Shown here in pieces: positions 23,500 to 25,200 of a stretch of DNA of 25,200 nt. Under the pieces are notes generated by a model. That model worked only from the letters and a program-made list of their open reading frames with translations. It did no database searches and was not told the origin of the DNA. The first letter of the stretch is position 1, and each line of letters starts with the position of its first letter. Made by a program: the position numbers and the translations under genes. Origin of the DNA: Candidatus Izemoplasmatales bacterium (lineage in GTDB: Bacteria > Bacillota_I > Bacilli_A > Izemoplasmatales > Hujiaoplasmataceae); assembly GCA_050177605.1 (NCBI GenBank), contig JBFXGX010000014.1:6431-31630 (forward strand), given 5' to 3'.

Positions 23500-25200
23500 T
23501 TGAAAGAGATTCGTGTAAGTGCAAAAGACATTGCGCTTTTCTTATTTGGTTCTGGAGATATTACAACCGATAGGGTATTGCAAATAAGAGCGCAAGAGGG
23601 GATAGAAATCCATCAATATTGGCAAAGCCAGTATAAGGAAGAGGATTTAAAAGAAGTCTTTGTTAAGACTGTTTTTGAGCACGAAGAATTTCAAATAGAA
23701 GTCACAGGTAGAATTGATGGAATCTTACTAGAAAATGGAGAACCGATATTAGAAGAAATTAAGTCTACAAAGATGGATTTTGAGTACCTAGATATCGACT
23801 CAATTCCAGCGCACCTCACACAAGCTAGACTCTATGCCTACCTGTATGCTCTCGAAAATAATCTGAGGAAGTTGAAAATCCGACTTACGTATATTCAAGT
23901 CGAAGATCGTGATACGATGTTTTTTGAAAAAGTCTATACATTTAAAATGTTGGAGACGTTTTTTGAAAAAACATTACTTAAATATATTGAATGGATCAAG
24001 AAACTTGATCTGCATGAACAAAGCAGACAGAAATCAATTGAAGGTCTTCGTTTTCCTTTCCCAGAGTATCGGTTGAATCAACGAGAATTAATGGCACATG
24101 TATATCGTAATATCCTTGGCAATGGAATATTGTACGCAACGGCGCCAACTGGCATTGGCAAAACGATTGCGACCCTTTTCTCATCCTTAAAATCCATCTC
24201 CAAACCTCGTCAAAAAATCTTTTATTTAACCGCAAAAAATGACGGAAAGAAAGTTGCGCTTGATACTGTTTCTTTATTAGAGGAAAATGGTTTAATCGCT
24301 AAAACATGCGAAATCACAGCGAAAGATAGAATGTGTCTCTTAAAAGAAAGAGACTGTGATCCAGAGAATTGCAAGTATGCGGCTGGTTACTACAAAAAAC
24401 TATATAAAGCACTGGATGATATCTTTGAAAATGAAACTATTTTTTCTGAAGATGTGATTAAGAAATATGGCAAAATACATAAAGTATGTCCGTTTGAATT
24501 CTCACTTGATGTCTCCAATTATTCTGATATTGTTATTTGTGATTATAACTATGTATTTGATCCAAGAGTTCATTTGATTCGTTATTTTGAAGATACTACC
24601 TATGAACCTATCTTACTTGTAGATGAAGCACATAATATGGTATCAAGAAGTAGGGAGATGTATAGTGCAACGATAAAAGAAGAAACCATTCAAAACTTTA
24701 AATCGCTCACGAAATTATATCGACCTAGCCCAAGAAGAGAAGTGGAAAGAGTATTAGACTATTTTCAAGAAAAAGAACTAGATTATTTACTCGAAGTTGA
24801 TTTTCATTCTCGTTCTAGTTTAGATGAAGGGCTCATCGTAATATTAAAAAGACTTTTGAACAAACTCGATCAAATTCTTTCTAGTGAGAAAAAGATTCCA
24901 ATGAAGTCCGCTTTGCTCGACACTTATTTTGAGGTGTATACTTTCGTCAAAATAGCTGAGTTTTATAATCAAGAATATACAATGATTTATGAGTTGAATA
25001 ATCAATTGTTAGAAGTCTCAATGAAATGTATGAACGCTAGTGAGTTCTTATCAAATACGATTAAAAACTATACGGTTGCTTGTACTTTTTTTAGTGCGAC
25101 ACTTGACCCGGTGTATTACTATAAAGCTCTTTTATCTAAAGGAGAAGGAACAGATGTTAAAATGCTTTCATCGTTTAAGCAAAATCATCTTTTCTTAATT
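23500..25200 (+). CDS. PD-(D/E)XK (RecB-like) nuclease fused to a DinG/Rad3 Fe-S helicase; 3' end lies outside the window; absent from the ORF track
   Basis: I translated frame 1 from TTG 23500 and found no stop to 25200 (567 codons). Nuclease: GIEIH, GRIDG, EEIKST, QARLY. Helicase: Q-motif YRLNQ, Walker A APTGIGKT, Fe-S cysteines C..C..C...CPF, DYNYVFD, DEAH, SAT. Confidence 0.92.
   Translation, partial: MKEIRVSAKDIALFLFGSGDITTDRVLQIRAQEGIEIHQYWQSQYKEEDLKEVFVKTVFEHEEFQIEVTGRIDGILLENGEPILEEIKSTKMDFEYLDIDSIPAHLTQARLYAYLYALENNLRKLKIRLTYIQVEDRDTMFFEKVYTFKMLETFFEKTLLKYIEWIKKLDLHEQSRQKSIEGLRFPFPEYRLNQRELMAHVYRNILGNGILYATAPTGIGKTIATLFSSLKSISKPRQKIFYLTAKNDGKKVALDTVSLLEENGLIAKTCEITAKDRMCLLKERDCDPENCKYAAGYYKKLYKALDDIFENETIFSEDVIKKYGKIHKVCPFEFSLDVSNYSDIVICDYNYVFDPRVHLIRYFEDTTYEPILLVDEAHNMVSRSREMYSATIKEETIQNFKSLTKLYRPSPRREVERVLDYFQEKELDYLLEVDFHSRSSLDEGLIVILKRLLNKLDQILSSEKKIPMKSALLDTYFEVYTFVKIAEFYNQEYTMIYELNNQLLEVSMKCMNASEFLSNTIKNYTVACTFFSATLDPVYYYKALLSKGEGTDVKMLSSFKQNHLFLI

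Noticed and set aside
23500..24000. Cas4 / type IV CRISPR CasDinG system
   Set aside because: The nuclease domain lacks the Cas4 Fe-S cysteines, and there is no array or other cas gene in the window.
672..24235. Short antisense or out-of-frame ORFs of 61-106 aa (e.g. 672-896, 6675-6917, 9211-9531, 12357-12864, 14541-14747, 20749-20996, 23996-24235)
   Set aside because: They overlap well-supported genes and show no recognisable motifs; they are consistent with shadow ORFs.

Overview
AT-rich, gene-dense bacterial chromosomal segment read in genetic code 11 (TGA is used as stop, TGG as Trp). Gene content and style suggest a low-GC anaerobic Bacillota/Mollicutes-related organism such as Izemoplasmatales or Acholeplasmatales; this taxonomy is inference. 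All genes but one are on the + strand. In order: the 3' part of an SF2 helicase with a hydrophobic hairpin; an Ig-repeat surface protein; an ~8.5 kb operon encoding a tetrameric NAD-linked, bifurcating-type [FeFe]-hydrogenase (HndA/B/C/D-like) interrupted by a five-gene DRTGG / Ser-Thr kinase / DRTGG / PHP / HATPase cassette and followed by an ABC binding protein and permease with no ATPase; a yybP-ykoY (Mn2+) riboswitch in front of a type IIA P-type ATPase; a PH-like membrane protein; an MFS transporter convergent with a glycerophosphodiester phosphodiesterase; an Fe-alcohol dehydrogenase; an orphan membrane protein; alanine dehydrogenase; an extended SDR; a sialate O-acetylesterase homologue that has lost its catalytic Ser and His; and a PD-(D/E)XK nuclease-DinG helicase fusion that runs off the window and is missing from the ORF track. 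I saw no mobile elements, CRISPR arrays, tRNAs or rRNAs. The best leads are the hydrogenase signalling cassette that lacks the sensory hydrogenase normally found in it, the ATPase-less transporter appended to that operon, the riboswitch terminator that appears to double as the operon terminator, and the pseudo-esterase.
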